Shown piece by piece: positions 12,601-18,604 of a stretch of DNA of 64,000 bases. The notes under the pieces are model-generated. The model did no database searches. It saw only the letters and a program-made list of their open reading frames with translations, and was not told where the DNA came from. Position numbers and translations under genes: made by a program. Each line of letters starts with the position of its first letter. Within the stretch, counting starts at the first letter, position 1. Origin of the DNA: Burkholderiales bacterium (lineage in GTDB: Bacteria; Pseudomonadota; Gammaproteobacteria; Burkholderiales; Ga0077523); assembly GCA_965279325.1 (NCBI GenBank), contig OZ257154.1:3521340-3585339 (forward strand), written 5' to 3'.

Positions 12601-15600
12601 GAACAGCGGGACGCTCACGTTCACCGAGACCAACGCGATCGGTAGCGTGTCGGGCTCGGGCAGCCTCACCAATACCGGCACCATCGCTGCCGCCGCGAGC
12701 CGCACGGGCACCGTCCAGTCGACCACGTTCGCCAACAACGGCGGAACGCTGCAGGCGAGCGCGGTGGGCTCTTCGCTGCAGATGCGTTCCGCGTCGAGCA
12801 GCTACAGTGGTACGACGACCGTCGCTGGTACCGGTGTCCGGTTCGATGGCGGGGCACACACGTTCAGCGACGGCGCGACGGTCACGGGCCAGGTGAACCA
12901 GTCCAGCGCCATCACGTTCAATTCGACGGCCATCAACGGAACGTGGAACCAGTCTGGAGGTTCCACCAGCATCGCGGCGGGTGATACGTTGACGTTGAAC
13001 GGCACGGCGAACTGGTCCGGCGGCGGTATCTTCGGTGCGGGGCCAGGCGCAGCGCTCGCGCTTACCACGGGCGACGTGCTGAACGTGAGCGGCGCGACGC
13101 GCGGCTTGACCAATGTCGCCCTGACCAATGCCGGCCAGGTGAACGTCGGGCTCGACACCAACGGCATGCTGCAGCTGAACGACGGTGCCTCGATCGCGAA
13201 CAGCGGCGCACTCACTTTCGCGGAGACCAACGCCATCGGTACCGTTTCCGGGTCGGGCAGCTTTGCCAATGCCGGGACGATCGCCGTGGCCGCCGGCCGG
13301 ACCGGCACGGTCGAATCCACGAGCTTCAGCAATGGTGGCGGAGCCCTGCAGACGGGCTCCGGGTCGGTCCTGCGGATGCGCTCCGGGAACAGCAGCTACT
13401 CCGGCGCAACGACGATCACCGGTACCGGAGTGCAATTCGACGCGGGGACGCACACGTTTGCCGATGGCGCCAGTGTCGTCGGCCAGTTCAATCAGGCAAC
13501 GAACATCGTCTACGGCGACACGGTGCTGGCCGGTGTCTGGAACCTGAGCGCCGGCACGGCCTTGCTGGGTGCCGGCAAGACAATCACGTTGAACGGTACG
13601 GCCAATTGGTCAGGTGGCGGTATCGTCGGCTCGGGACCCACCTCGGCTCTCGCACTGTCCTCGGGCGACACGCTCAACATCACAGGTAGCACCAAGGCGC
13701 TGACCAACGCTCGTGTCGATGCGGGTCCCGGCTCCGCCGTGAACGTGGGCCTGAACACCAATGGAATGCTGCAGTTGAACGACGGTGCGTCGATCACGAA
13801 CAGTGGGACGCTCACGTTCACCGAGACCAACGCGATCGGTAGCGTGTCGGGCTCGGGCAGCCTCACCAATACCGGCACCATCGCTGCCGCCGCGAGCCGC
13901 ACGGGCACCGTCCAGCCGACCACCTTTGCCAACAACGGTGGAACGCTGCAGGCAAACGCGGCTGGCTCCTCGCTCCAGCTGCACTCGGGTTCGAGCAGCT
14001 ACAGTGGCACCACCACGCTCAACGGTACCGGCGTGCAGTTCAGCAGCGGCACCCACAGCTTCGCCGACGGTGCGAGCGTGAACGGCGTGCTGAACCAGTC
14101 TGCCAATCTCGTCTTCGGTACCGTTGCGCTCAACGGCACGTGGAACCAGTCGGGTGGCAACGCCCTGATCGACGCCAACGACACGCTCAGCGTCAACGGC
14201 ATCGTCAACTGGTCCGGCGGCGGCATCGTGGGCAGCGGTGGCTCCTTGCTGCAGGTCGCAGCGCCGGCGCGGTTCAACATGAGCGGGGCGACACGCGCAC
14301 TCACCAATGTGGCACTGGTGAATGCCGGAGTGATGAACCTCGGCCTGAACACCAACGCCGTGCTGCAGTTGAACGATGGGGCGTCAATCGCCAATGCGAG
14401 TACGTTCACTTTCGTCGAAACCAACGCTATCGGCACCGGCTCCGGATCGGGCAGCTTCGTCAACAATGGAACGTTGACGACGGTTGCCGGCGTGGCCGGA
14501 ACCGTGGGCAGCACGTCGTTCACCAACGCAGGTCTGGTGCGGGCCGCCGCCAACGCGAGCGTGGCGCTGCAGGCGGGCGGAACGCACACCGGTGCGTTCG
14601 AAGCGGACACCGGCGGCACCGTGGCATTCAGCGGCGGAACCCACAACCTGGGCGACGGCAGCCGCCTCACCAACGGACTGGTTCAAGTGAACGGGGGCAG
14701 CTTGAATCTCGTCGGGACCGGCGCCGGAACGCTGATACCGGTGGGTGCCGTCGTGTCATTGAGCGGTCAGACACTCGGCGGTTCAGGACTCCTGGACAAC
14801 CGGGGTACCCTCAATCTCGGCAACAGCACCGTCGCGGGCAGCGTGACCAATACCGGGACGTTGAACGTGACCGGCTCCAGCGCCGTCAACGGCGCGCGCT
14901 TCGACCAGAACAACGGAATCCTGTTGCTCAACGCGGGCTCGACGCTGACCAAGAACAGCGGCGTCTTCGCGTGGAACGGCGGTACGCTCGGCGGTCCCGG
15001 CACGCTGACCATGGCGAATGGAGCGTTGTTCGACATCGCAGGAACCGGCGCCCGCGTGCTCGACGGTCCGACGCTCAACATCGGCGGTCTCGGTCTGCAG
15101 GCCGGCTCGCTCGAAGTGCGCTCGGGGAGCCTCACCACCGCCGGCATCTCCACCATCGTGTCCGGCGCGACGCTCGTCCTCAATGGTGGCACCTTCAACA
15201 ACACCGCGCCCATGACTGTCGCGGGCACACTCGATCTGCGGACCGGCAGCCTTGCGCTCAACGGCGACGCGAGCCATACCGGCAGCTTCCTGCTCGGATC
15301 CGGGACGACGCTCGCTTTTGCATCCGGAATCCAGACGCTCACCGGACCGCTGTCGGGCAACGGCACGGTGGTGGTGTCCGGTGCGACGGTGACGTCGACT
15401 GGGTCCTATTCCGCGGCCACCACCAACGTCTCCGGCGGGACGCTCGCACTGAACGGCGCCGCGCAATCCCAGATCGTCAACGTGGGCCAGGGCGGAACGT
15501 TGGCGACAGGCGGAACCGTCACGTTCACGTCGCTCAACGTCAGCGGCGGGACTGTCGATGCGCAAGGCACCCTGAACGCCACCAATCTGTCGGTGGGGTC

Positions 15601-16513
15601 GGGTGCGGTGAACGGCGCTGGAACGGTGAACGTCGCGAACTTCACGCAATCCGGTGGCAGCGTGGACGGCACCGGCACTTTCAACGTGACCAACCGCTAC
15701 AACGCGACCGGCGGTTCGCTCGGCACCCGCTGGCGTGTGATGGCCATCACGCACACGCAGGGTGACCTCGTGTTGAATCGGGTGCACGCGGCGGGTACGA
15801 CGTCGGTCAGCGTGAGCAACGGCGCCCTGCGGGTCGTGGCGCTCGGCAGTCGCGCCGGTATCAGCGGCAGTACCGGCGTGACGGTGAACGCGTCGGGCGA
15901 CCTGGTATTGCAGGGCGGTTCCGGCGAGGGGGCGAGCGCCTTCGTGCAGTCCGGTGGCGGACCCTGCACGATCAACGTCGGCGGTACCACGCGACTGATC
16001 GGCGGGACCGGACCAAGCTCCAATGCCTTCATCAACGGCACTCCCGATGTCGGCAGCTTCGCGCAGCCGATCCGGCTCGCGGGACCGATCGAATTCATCG
16101 ACGGCTCGGGCGGTACGGCGCAGGTGCAGTCTTTCTCGCCGAGCAGCGTGTACGTGAACTTCCCGACCTTGAGTTCGGGCGGCTACACCGTCAACGGCGT
16201 CGAGGTGACATCTGCTGGATCGTCGGGATTCTTCGCGGGCGGCGCGCCTGCAGTGTTGAACAGCAATCTGTTCATCACGTACGGAGCGCTAGTGGTGCCG
16301 CCACCGCCACCACCACCACTCGGAGGTGGCACGTTGCAGCTTCCACTACTGACCGGAGCGCTCGAAGGCGGACCGTTAGCCACCAACGTGGTGGTTACCG
16401 CATCGGAACGTGGTCTGCTGTTCAACTTCCCAGAACCGCCGAAACCCGCTCTCGGCCCGGGTAGCCAAGGCGTGGTCGGAACCGAACGCCGGAGCATTCC
16501 ACAATGTCGATAG
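608..16513 (+). CDS. Giant two-partner-secretion exoprotein (TpsA / filamentous-haemagglutinin-like), 5,301 aa
   Basis: ATG at 608 verified in sequence (ORF track opens at 539). Signal peptide MSRRREFRPTTLAVALAACFPIASIG. TPS domain with QVLNRVIGGDPSQILG...QVFLINPNGIVFG, then GGFIETSG...WLIDPNNITIV. Remainder is Gly/Thr/Asn/Ser-rich beta-helix-like repeats. Confidence 0.92.
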   Translation: MSRRREFRPTTLAVALAACFPIASIGNPLDPAVVVGGATFQTQGNTLTVTNAPGTVINWQSFSIGQDEVTRFIQQSAASQVLNRVIGGDPSQILGTLQSNGQVFLINPNGIVFGVGAQVDVAGLVVSSLGITNADFLSGRLSFASGATAGSIRNDGTLRAVDGGSIYLIAPSIENHGIVAAPDGSVVLAAGKTATLMDSNRPFVQVEITAGGEAINVGQLVASNVGIYAGAVRVSGTVEATHAVMDESGRIRFAATGDTTITADGVVKADGASGGEVRIESGGTTLVDGKITANGSSGTGGTIVLLGAQVGLREESFVDASGLRGGGSVFVGGGVRGMDPTLPKASRTYVAPGAIVRADAQERGDGGRIVVWGDQFAGVHGALSARGGAVGGNGGFIETSGGSLVVSSTPDVTAPAGVGGTWLIDPNNITIVAGTGFTGINNVNPFASTVDGAQLGVTLIRNALTGGANVTITTGAGGSQAGDIVWSTGAALDYNGSGTNSLTLSAHNSITLSSNISDSNATTTDRLNLTLTPNSDGVGGGGVTVMASTVLDLKGGLLQVNGGGGITFANGSTLSNATLQAGAVTLNSGSIYFNGIALATDLTVPSGTTLRVDSGDLTLSGANRTLTLAGDMYLYQQTGTQTLGGAGRIVFASSGATIYSPYGGSTQVIGSGITLTGTTNGQFQSWGNFRNEGIIRSEVAGTTITVTKQNTAGTRAVNVGLIEATAGSVTLGGGPWENEDGPTNGTIRANGGTLNLNGAFSTATLGNLQSPSGVMQIGSGGVLTNTGQTLALGSGLTTASLRLANGAITGGTITTANGATFTQLGSGTSYLNGVTLGTDFVVPSGAVLRVDSGDLNLSGTNRVLTLQGDIYLYQQTGTQTLGGTGRIVFANNGAQIYAPYGGSTQVIGPGITLTGTTNGQFQSWGNIRNEGTIRSEVAGTTITVTKQNTGGTKAVNVGTIEATAGVVTLAGGSWENEDGALNGTIRSAGGTMNLTGGFSTATLGNLQSPSGVMQIGTSGVLTNTGETLALGSGLTTASLRLAGGAINGGTITTANGATFTQLGSGTSYLNGVTLGTDFVVPSGAVLRVDSGDLNLSGTNRVLTLQGDIYLYQQTGTQTLGGTGRIVFANNGAQIYAPYGGSTQVIGPGITLTGTTNGQFQSWGNIRNEGTIRSEVAGTTITVTKQNTGGTKTVNVGLIEAVAGSVTLSGGPWENEDGALNGTIRAGAAGTVNLNGAFNTATLGNLQTTGAGVMQLTASGSIANTGQTLTLGGTGTSASLRIAGGAINGGTITTANGASLTQLASGYSYLNDVTLDTDFTVPAGGILRVDSGGLTLAGTNRTLTLVGDMYLYQQTGTQTLGGTGRIVFANAGAQIYSNYAGNTVVVGPNVTVSGTTNGGLQLYSNFRNEGTIRSEVAGTTITVTKQNTGGTKAVNVGLIEAVAGSVTLSGGPWENEDGALNGTIRANGGTLNLNGAFSTATLGNLQSPGGVLQISSSGSLDNTGQTLALGSGLTTASLRLAGGAINGGTVTAANGATFTQLASGYSYLNDVTLDTDFTVPAGGILRVDSGGLTLAGANRTLTLAGDMYLYQQTGTQTLGGTGRIVFANANAQIYSNYTNNTVVVGPNVTVSGTTNGSFQLYSSFRNEGTIRSEVAGTTITVTKQNTGGTKAVNVGLIEAVAGSVTLSGGPWENEDGALNGTIRAGAAGTVNLNGAFNTVTLGNLQATGAGVMQLSSGGSIANTGQTLTLGGAGTSASLRLAGGAITGGTVATVNGASLTLAAGTSRMNAVTLATDLTVPVGSVLQVDSGDVTLSGSNRVLTLQGDMYLYQQTGTQTLGGTGRIVFANAGAQIYANYTNNTVVVGPNVTVNATTNGAFSLYSNFRNEGAIRSDVAGTTITVNKYGTGTSENVGSIVADGSSAVVLNGTTATLDNTGGTIRASNGGRIDINTTIATSDLGTLDATGGTVRLMSSGVLDNTGDTFQPGVDMAGSLTVAGGTIRGGIVQDDPANPAALILVNGTSPRFDNVTVDYDLALAANQLLYVDNGNLTLANGRTLTIGSAAGAAYLYFTQNAAQELRTTAGGSAQVLFANASGTSYVYSNSSTLSHQLTIRPGITIGGTGDGLVYAPTLVNEGTIRAGATGQSINVQAYSFDNLSGGLVEAASGGSILFQNYATSASEFTNAGTIRAAPGGTVELDYGTFSGTFLSSLTSTGGTVAVGSVVDNTNQTLTLDPATIGNLNLFSGGTIRGGTVTSVGGATLTIPNAGSITLDGVTLDTDLVAAGNSTISVPGTLTIVGGHRLSLGSAGTSATLVFNGAAANSLLRGGTGTAEVAFASGTGSNLYHNSGTLDIGSGVLIHSTGGSGTINNNGRVFTNSGEIDADVSGQTINLVATGMTNSGLVGASNGGVLALSGTFNPASLGVFDANGGTVRIGSSAIFDLQGGVFAMTAATGGVELSAGTIRNGTLRDAGAAMTVGPSSGTLDGVTLDQNLTLASRNLNVPNGLAIQGGRTVNLEGGGVLTLTGTGVARAITRGGSGTAEIVLGNGAISANNTGTLTLGQGLLVRSGANGNGSIGSGNTTALINQGTIAVDQSGRSISLFANATGSIDNQGLIRVVQGASLSTTGHALVNNNTAVGGGLQIGGTITLGTGITLTNNGRFGPGNSPGLATISGNLVLGTNSVLDIEVEGLARGTQYDAIDVTGTATLGGAVNVIRFGAYTETAGDILRVVTAQALSGNFRSVTGTATWTVQTDVRNAFLQAISSDPILLWTLNGSGAWTTAANWNLNRVPTATDIVLIDQPGTINVALSSGALAARRLFAFDGVTINGATLTLAGSSFVGAGSSFALSSGGLGGAGDLTLTGASTWSGGVLSGGSALRLASGAVLTASGNSATTQLAGRTLEIQSGASATFNGEIESEPGTSVINNAGTLTLAGTRLSHIYNASGTITVNNTGTVNKTGAGVYDLGTDFNNDGTVNIQGGTLRLAGSGTSNGVVAIGGNVLELAGGTQTLTSASNLSGSGTLRTSGGSLVVNTTTPNFSFNGTVQTSSGSASFAPSMTLSQLTLSGGTTTFNAAVSTPRLTQSGGTLAGASTLTLSGPGSTWSGGTWSGGGRVVLNTGTDLVASGNSATTQLAGRTLEIQSGASATFNGEIESEPGTSVIANAGTLTLAGTRLSHIYNASGTITVNNTGTINKTGTGTYSLGANLNNDAVLNVLAGNLTNDGNGTSTGDLDIAASATYQHAGGTQTLTNASGVTGVGELLVSGGTLAVNTPTAGFAHTGVIRNTGGLASFAANLTPSHVALSGGTTTFNGSVITPLLSQSGGTLAGGSLVTLTGAGSTWTGGTWTSNGTVRLNPGASLTANGSSATTQLAGRTLEIQSGASATFNGEIESEPGTSVIANAGTLTLAGTRLSHIYNASGTITVNNTGTINKTGAGVYDLGTDFNNDGTVNIQGGTLRLAGSGASNGTFAIGGSVLEQAFGTQTFTSASSLSGSGTLRTSGGSLVVNTTTANFGFSGTVQTSNGSASFAPSMTLSQLTLSGGTTTFNGAVSTPQLTQSAGVLAGASVVTLTGPGSTWSGGTWTGNGTVRLASGAVLTASGSTASTQLAGRTLEIQNGASAIFNGEIESEPGTSVINNAGTLTLAGTRLSHVYNASGTITVNNTGTIEKTGTGAYILGANLNNNQTGDINASGTLVLAGGTLTNAGTLRPAGAGTIGTLNLGGNFVQTGTGVIEIETIGTAPGDSDVLAVSGNAALGGLLELVAINGYTPSGASAYADVLTYASRTGAFEAVGGAAFPALTPTYGANGLTIAITTGGSIVCPTGFSVCWIGTSDGSWNDTAQWNTGAVPTATDDVYVAAPGSITITAANGGAVNRLVSEESFLLAGGTFLLNGASSVGQTLAITGGILQANANLAAGSITLNGGALNVGAGATVSIANQFAWSGGGINGAGTSSVLQIAAPATVNVSGATKALVNVAVVNAGQMNLGLSTNSMLQLNDGASISNSGTLTFTETNAIGSVSGSGSLTNTGTIAAAASRTGTVQSTTFANNGGTLQASAVGSSLQMRSASSSYSGTTTVAGTGVRFDGGAHTFSDGATVTGQVNQSSAITFNSTAINGTWNQSGGSTSIAAGDTLTLNGTANWSGGGIFGAGPGAALALTTGDVLNVSGATRGLTNVALTNAGQVNVGLDTNGMLQLNDGASIANSGALTFAETNAIGTVSGSGSFANAGTIAVAAGRTGTVESTSFSNGGGALQTGSGSVLRMRSGNSSYSGATTITGTGVQFDAGTHTFADGASVVGQFNQATNIVYGDTVLAGVWNLSAGTALLGAGKTITLNGTANWSGGGIVGSGPTSALALSSGDTLNITGSTKALTNARVDAGPGSAVNVGLNTNGMLQLNDGASITNSGTLTFTETNAIGSVSGSGSLTNTGTIAAAASRTGTVQPTTFANNGGTLQANAAGSSLQLHSGSSSYSGTTTLNGTGVQFSSGTHSFADGASVNGVLNQSANLVFGTVALNGTWNQSGGNALIDANDTLSVNGIVNWSGGGIVGSGGSLLQVAAPARFNMSGATRALTNVALVNAGVMNLGLNTNAVLQLNDGASIANASTFTFVETNAIGTGSGSGSFVNNGTLTTVAGVAGTVGSTSFTNAGLVRAAANASVALQAGGTHTGAFEADTGGTVAFSGGTHNLGDGSRLTNGLVQVNGGSLNLVGTGAGTLIPVGAVVSLSGQTLGGSGLLDNRGTLNLGNSTVAGSVTNTGTLNVTGSSAVNGARFDQNNGILLLNAGSTLTKNSGVFAWNGGTLGGPGTLTMANGALFDIAGTGARVLDGPTLNIGGLGLQAGSLEVRSGSLTTAGISTIVSGATLVLNGGTFNNTAPMTVAGTLDLRTGSLALNGDASHTGSFLLGSGTTLAFASGIQTLTGPLSGNGTVVVSGATVTSTGSYSAATTNVSGGTLALNGAAQSQIVNVGQGGTLATGGTVTFTSLNVSGGTVDAQGTLNATNLSVGSGAVNGAGTVNVANFTQSGGSVDGTGTFNVTNRYNATGGSLGTRWRVMAITHTQGDLVLNRVHAAGTTSVSVSNGALRVVALGSRAGISGSTGVTVNASGDLVLQGGSGEGASAFVQSGGGPCTINVGGTTRLIGGTGPSSNAFINGTPDVGSFAQPIRLAGPIEFIDGSGGTAQVQSFSPSSVYVNFPTLSSGGYTVNGVEVTSAGSSGFFAGGAPAVLNSNLFITYGALVVPPPPPPPLGGGTLQLPLLTGALEGGPLATNVVVTASERGLLFNFPEPPKPALGPGSQGVVGTERRSIPQCR
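2288..6590 (+). repeat. Coding tandem repeat family A: six copies, period 714-720 bp (238-240 aa), inside tpsA
   Basis: YLYQQTGTQTLGG landmark (TAC codon) at 2504, 3218, 3932, 4652, 5366, 6083. Copies 2 and 3 are almost base-identical over more than 400 bp (about 3070-3480 vs 3785-4195). Three degenerate units follow to about 8400. Confidence 0.9.
9190..11660 (+). repeat. Coding tandem repeat family B: four copies, period 708-711 bp (236-237 aa), inside tpsA
   Basis: GGGTCGCACGCTGGAGATCCAGAGCGG landmark at 9292, 10000, 10711, about 11419. Peptide TQLAGRTLEIQSGASATFNGEIESEPGTSVI.NAGTLTLAGTRLSHIYNASGTITVNNTGT recurs four times. Confidence 0.9.
12330..14680 (+). repeat. Coding tandem repeat family C: four copies, period 594-600 bp (~199 aa), inside tpsA
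   Basis: ATGCTGCAG(T/C)TGAACGA landmark at 12569, 13166, 13766, 14360. Peptide NWSGGGI...MLQLNDGASI.NSG.LTF.ETNAIG.VSGSGS recurs. Copies 1 and 3 share a near-identical stretch of about 150 bp. Confidence 0.9.
12421..12429 (+). repeat. G9 homopolymer inside the tpsA reading frame
   Basis: Read directly: ...gcatggtc ggggggggg catc..., encoding W-S-G-G-G-I. The same motif in the other three family-C units is encoded TGGTC(C/A)GG(C/T)GGCGG(T/C), without a run. Confidence 0.95.
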
Positions 16514-17859
16514 TGTCCAGGACGCGGATCGTCGCGGTGGCAGTACTGTGCCTGTGGACGGTGGCCGGCCATGCCGCCGAACCCGCCGCGCGTGCATCAG
16601 GCGTGAGCGGTGTGGTCATCATCGAACGGGCGGCGGGCGGCGTGAAGTTCGCCGCAGATGGCACTGCACTCGAGACGGGCGACACGCTGCGCACGGAAGC
16701 GGCCAGCCAGACTCGGCTCGATTTCGCCGACGGCACCCAGGTGTTGTTGCGCCCGCAGTCCGTGTTCAAGGTCGAGAAGTACCGCTACAACGAGGCGAAG
16801 CCGCAGGAGGACGGGGCGCTGCTGCGCCTGCTCAAAGGCGGCCTGCGAACCGTCACGGGCCTGATGGGCAAGCGACGACCGGATGCATTCCAGCTCGGCG
16901 CCGGCACCGCGACGATCGGTATCCGCGGCACCGATTTCGTCGTCCGCATGTGCACCGACGATTGCGTCGCCGAGACGAAGGTGGCGGCCAAGACGGATCT
17001 GCCCCCGTTGCCAAGCTTCGCGGGACGGGTGATGAGTGTGCAGGGCCGGCTCCAGGTGGATCGAGGGGCCGGACCGCGGCCGCTGGCGGCAGGCGAGACT
17101 TTCTACGGCGGCGACACTCTGATCACGGCACCGTCCGCGCTGGCAGTCATCCTGTTTCGCGACGGCATGCGCGTCGTGCTCAAGGCCGACACGAAATTCC
17201 TCGTGGACACATTCCGCTACGAAGCCGCGAATCCGGAGCGCGGCAACGCGATCCTGCGCCTGCTCAAGGGCAGCCTGCGCGCGGTGACCGGTCTCGTCGC
17301 CCAGCGCAACCCGTCGCAGGTGCAGTTCGGTACTTCGGTAGCGACCATCGGCATCCGCGGTACGGGATTCGATCTGCGCTGTACCGGACCGTGCGCGAGC
17401 GAGGCGCCGGTCGCCTCGGACGAACTCGACGGACTGGCGGCTTACACCTGGAAGGGCTGCACGACGATGCTGACCGAGCAGGGCAACCTCGATCTGTGCG
17501 AGGGGCAGGCCGGTCAGGTTTCCGGCCCGGGCAAGGCACCGCGCAAGTTCGATGCGGTGCCGCGCTACTTCCTCGACGACAAGTCACCCCGGCCGGACGC
17601 GATCGATGGCGATCCGGATACGGTGTTCGGTCCGCAGAAGCAGGACTTCTCTTCCGCGGGCACTTACGTCTACGTCCGGGATGGCGCCGTCGTGCTGCGG
17701 GGTGGCGGTACGGAACAGGGCCTCGCGCGTGGCGAGGTCGGGTATCTCGATCAGAACGGGCGGTTTTCGCGCCTGCCCACGCCCCCGCTATTTATCGATC
17801 GCGATCCGGTGCTGCGTCACATGGATACCGACGCGAGCATGAGTTGCAGCGTGCCGTGA
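16504..17859 (+). CDS. Periplasmic protein with two tandem FecR-like domains, 451 aa
   Basis: Signal peptide MSIVSRTRIVAVAVLCLWTVAGHAAEP. Internal duplication: GDTLRT..RLDFADGTQVLL..LLRLLKGGLRTVTGL..ATIGIRGTDF and GDTLIT..VILFRDGMRVVL..ILRLLKGSLRAVTGL..ATIGIRGTGF. Start overlaps the tpsA stop by 10 nt. Confidence 0.8.
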   Translation: MSIVSRTRIVAVAVLCLWTVAGHAAEPAARASGVSGVVIIERAAGGVKFAADGTALETGDTLRTEAASQTRLDFADGTQVLLRPQSVFKVEKYRYNEAKPQEDGALLRLLKGGLRTVTGLMGKRRPDAFQLGAGTATIGIRGTDFVVRMCTDDCVAETKVAAKTDLPPLPSFAGRVMSVQGRLQVDRGAGPRPLAAGETFYGGDTLITAPSALAVILFRDGMRVVLKADTKFLVDTFRYEAANPERGNAILRLLKGSLRAVTGLVAQRNPSQVQFGTSVATIGIRGTGFDLRCTGPCASEAPVASDELDGLAAYTWKGCTTMLTEQGNLDLCEGQAGQVSGPGKAPRKFDAVPRYFLDDKSPRPDAIDGDPDTVFGPQKQDFSSAGTYVYVRDGAVVLRGGGTEQGLARGEVGYLDQNGRFSRLPTPPLFIDRDPVLRHMDTDASMSCSVP

Positions 17860-17872
17860 ACGACCGTCGGTA

Positions 17873-18529
17873 CTAGCGGGTCGGGGTCACGGCGTCGCGG
17901 ATTCGCAGAGCGGCCTGCAACATCGATTCGCCCGTGCGGCGTTCGATGTGTTCCACGCGCAGGAAGCGCGCGCTGTTGTGATCGGGATCGATGTCGGACG
18001 CCAGCGCCCTGCGGCTCAGGTGGAAGCGCATGAGTCGGTCGGCGCGATCGGCGTGACGATCGGTGAGATAGAGCCCCATGTAGATGTCGGCCAGGAGTTC
18101 GGCGCGCTGCACCTGGGCCGATGCTTCGCCGGCGCGCGCGGAATCGCTCGCCACGGCCTGGGCCTTGATGAACCCGGGGGACGCATTCGCGTGCTGTTCG
18201 GCGCAGTGTCCCATTTCATGGGCCAGCAGGCCCTCGAGATACGGCGCGCGATCCGACGGGTCCAGCTGCGCGAGCGTGGTGTCCAGGAACGAGGAGTTCC
18301 TGAGGGCGGCTACTTCGCAATCGGCCGGCCTGGCGAACGCAGCCAGGGCCGTGGTGATGGACGGGTCCGTGACGTGCCGCAGTCGGGGTTGCCACGCAGG
18401 GTCCGCGGCGGTACGGACCGCGGCCGCGAAGGCCTGATCGATGTCGGTCGCCGATTCCGCGGGTGCCGGCAGGAACGTCGCCAGGACTGCCGCCATGACG
18501 GGGATTGCCGGGGTTTGCCAGTGCCACAT
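17873..18529 (-). CDS. Hypothetical exported protein with HEXXH zinc-metallopeptidase motif (LLAHEMGHCAEQH), 218 aa
   Basis: ATG with GGAG 8-11 nt upstream. Hydrophobic N-terminus (AIPVMAAVLATFLPAPAESA). Single HEMGH motif; family not recognised. Stop lies 14 nt from the stop of the convergent FecR gene. Confidence 0.6.
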   Translation of the reverse strand: MWHWQTPAIPVMAAVLATFLPAPAESATDIDQAFAAAVRTAADPAWQPRLRHVTDPSITTALAAFARPADCEVAALRNSSFLDTTLAQLDPSDRAPYLEGLLAHEMGHCAEQHANASPGFIKAQAVASDSARAGEASAQVQRAELLADIYMGLYLTDRHADRADRLMRFHLSRRALASDIDPDHNSARFLRVEHIERRTGESMLQAALRIRDAVTPTR

Positions 18530-18604
18530 GTTTGCGTCGCTCCGTAGGTTCAGTGTTCGAACCGACGACTACCGGGCGACGACACGCGCTGGCGGGGAAA
18601 CGTC

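Noticed and set aside
2288-14680. CRISPR or minisatellite interpretation of the periodic sequence.
   Set aside because: Periods are 594-720 bp, entirely in frame within one ORF, with no short direct repeats separated by unique spacers and no cas genes.
455-16098. Many long ORFs antisense to or out of frame with the giant gene (e.g. 455-4036 minus, 1193 aa; 4439-6019 minus; 7505-9418 minus; 9665-12118 minus; 9919-11655 plus).
   Set aside because: Arg/Ala/Gly/Pro-rich, low-complexity translations typical of non-coding frames in GC-rich DNA. They mirror the tandem repeats of the sense frame, have no recognisable motifs and are fully nested in a gene with strong domain evidence.
608-17859. Contact-dependent inhibition (CdiB-CdiA-CdiI) interpretation of the TPS locus.
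   Set aside because: No VENN or other pre-toxin motif seen. The C-terminus remains beta-helix-like. The downstream gene encodes a 451-aa exported FecR protein, not a small immunity protein.
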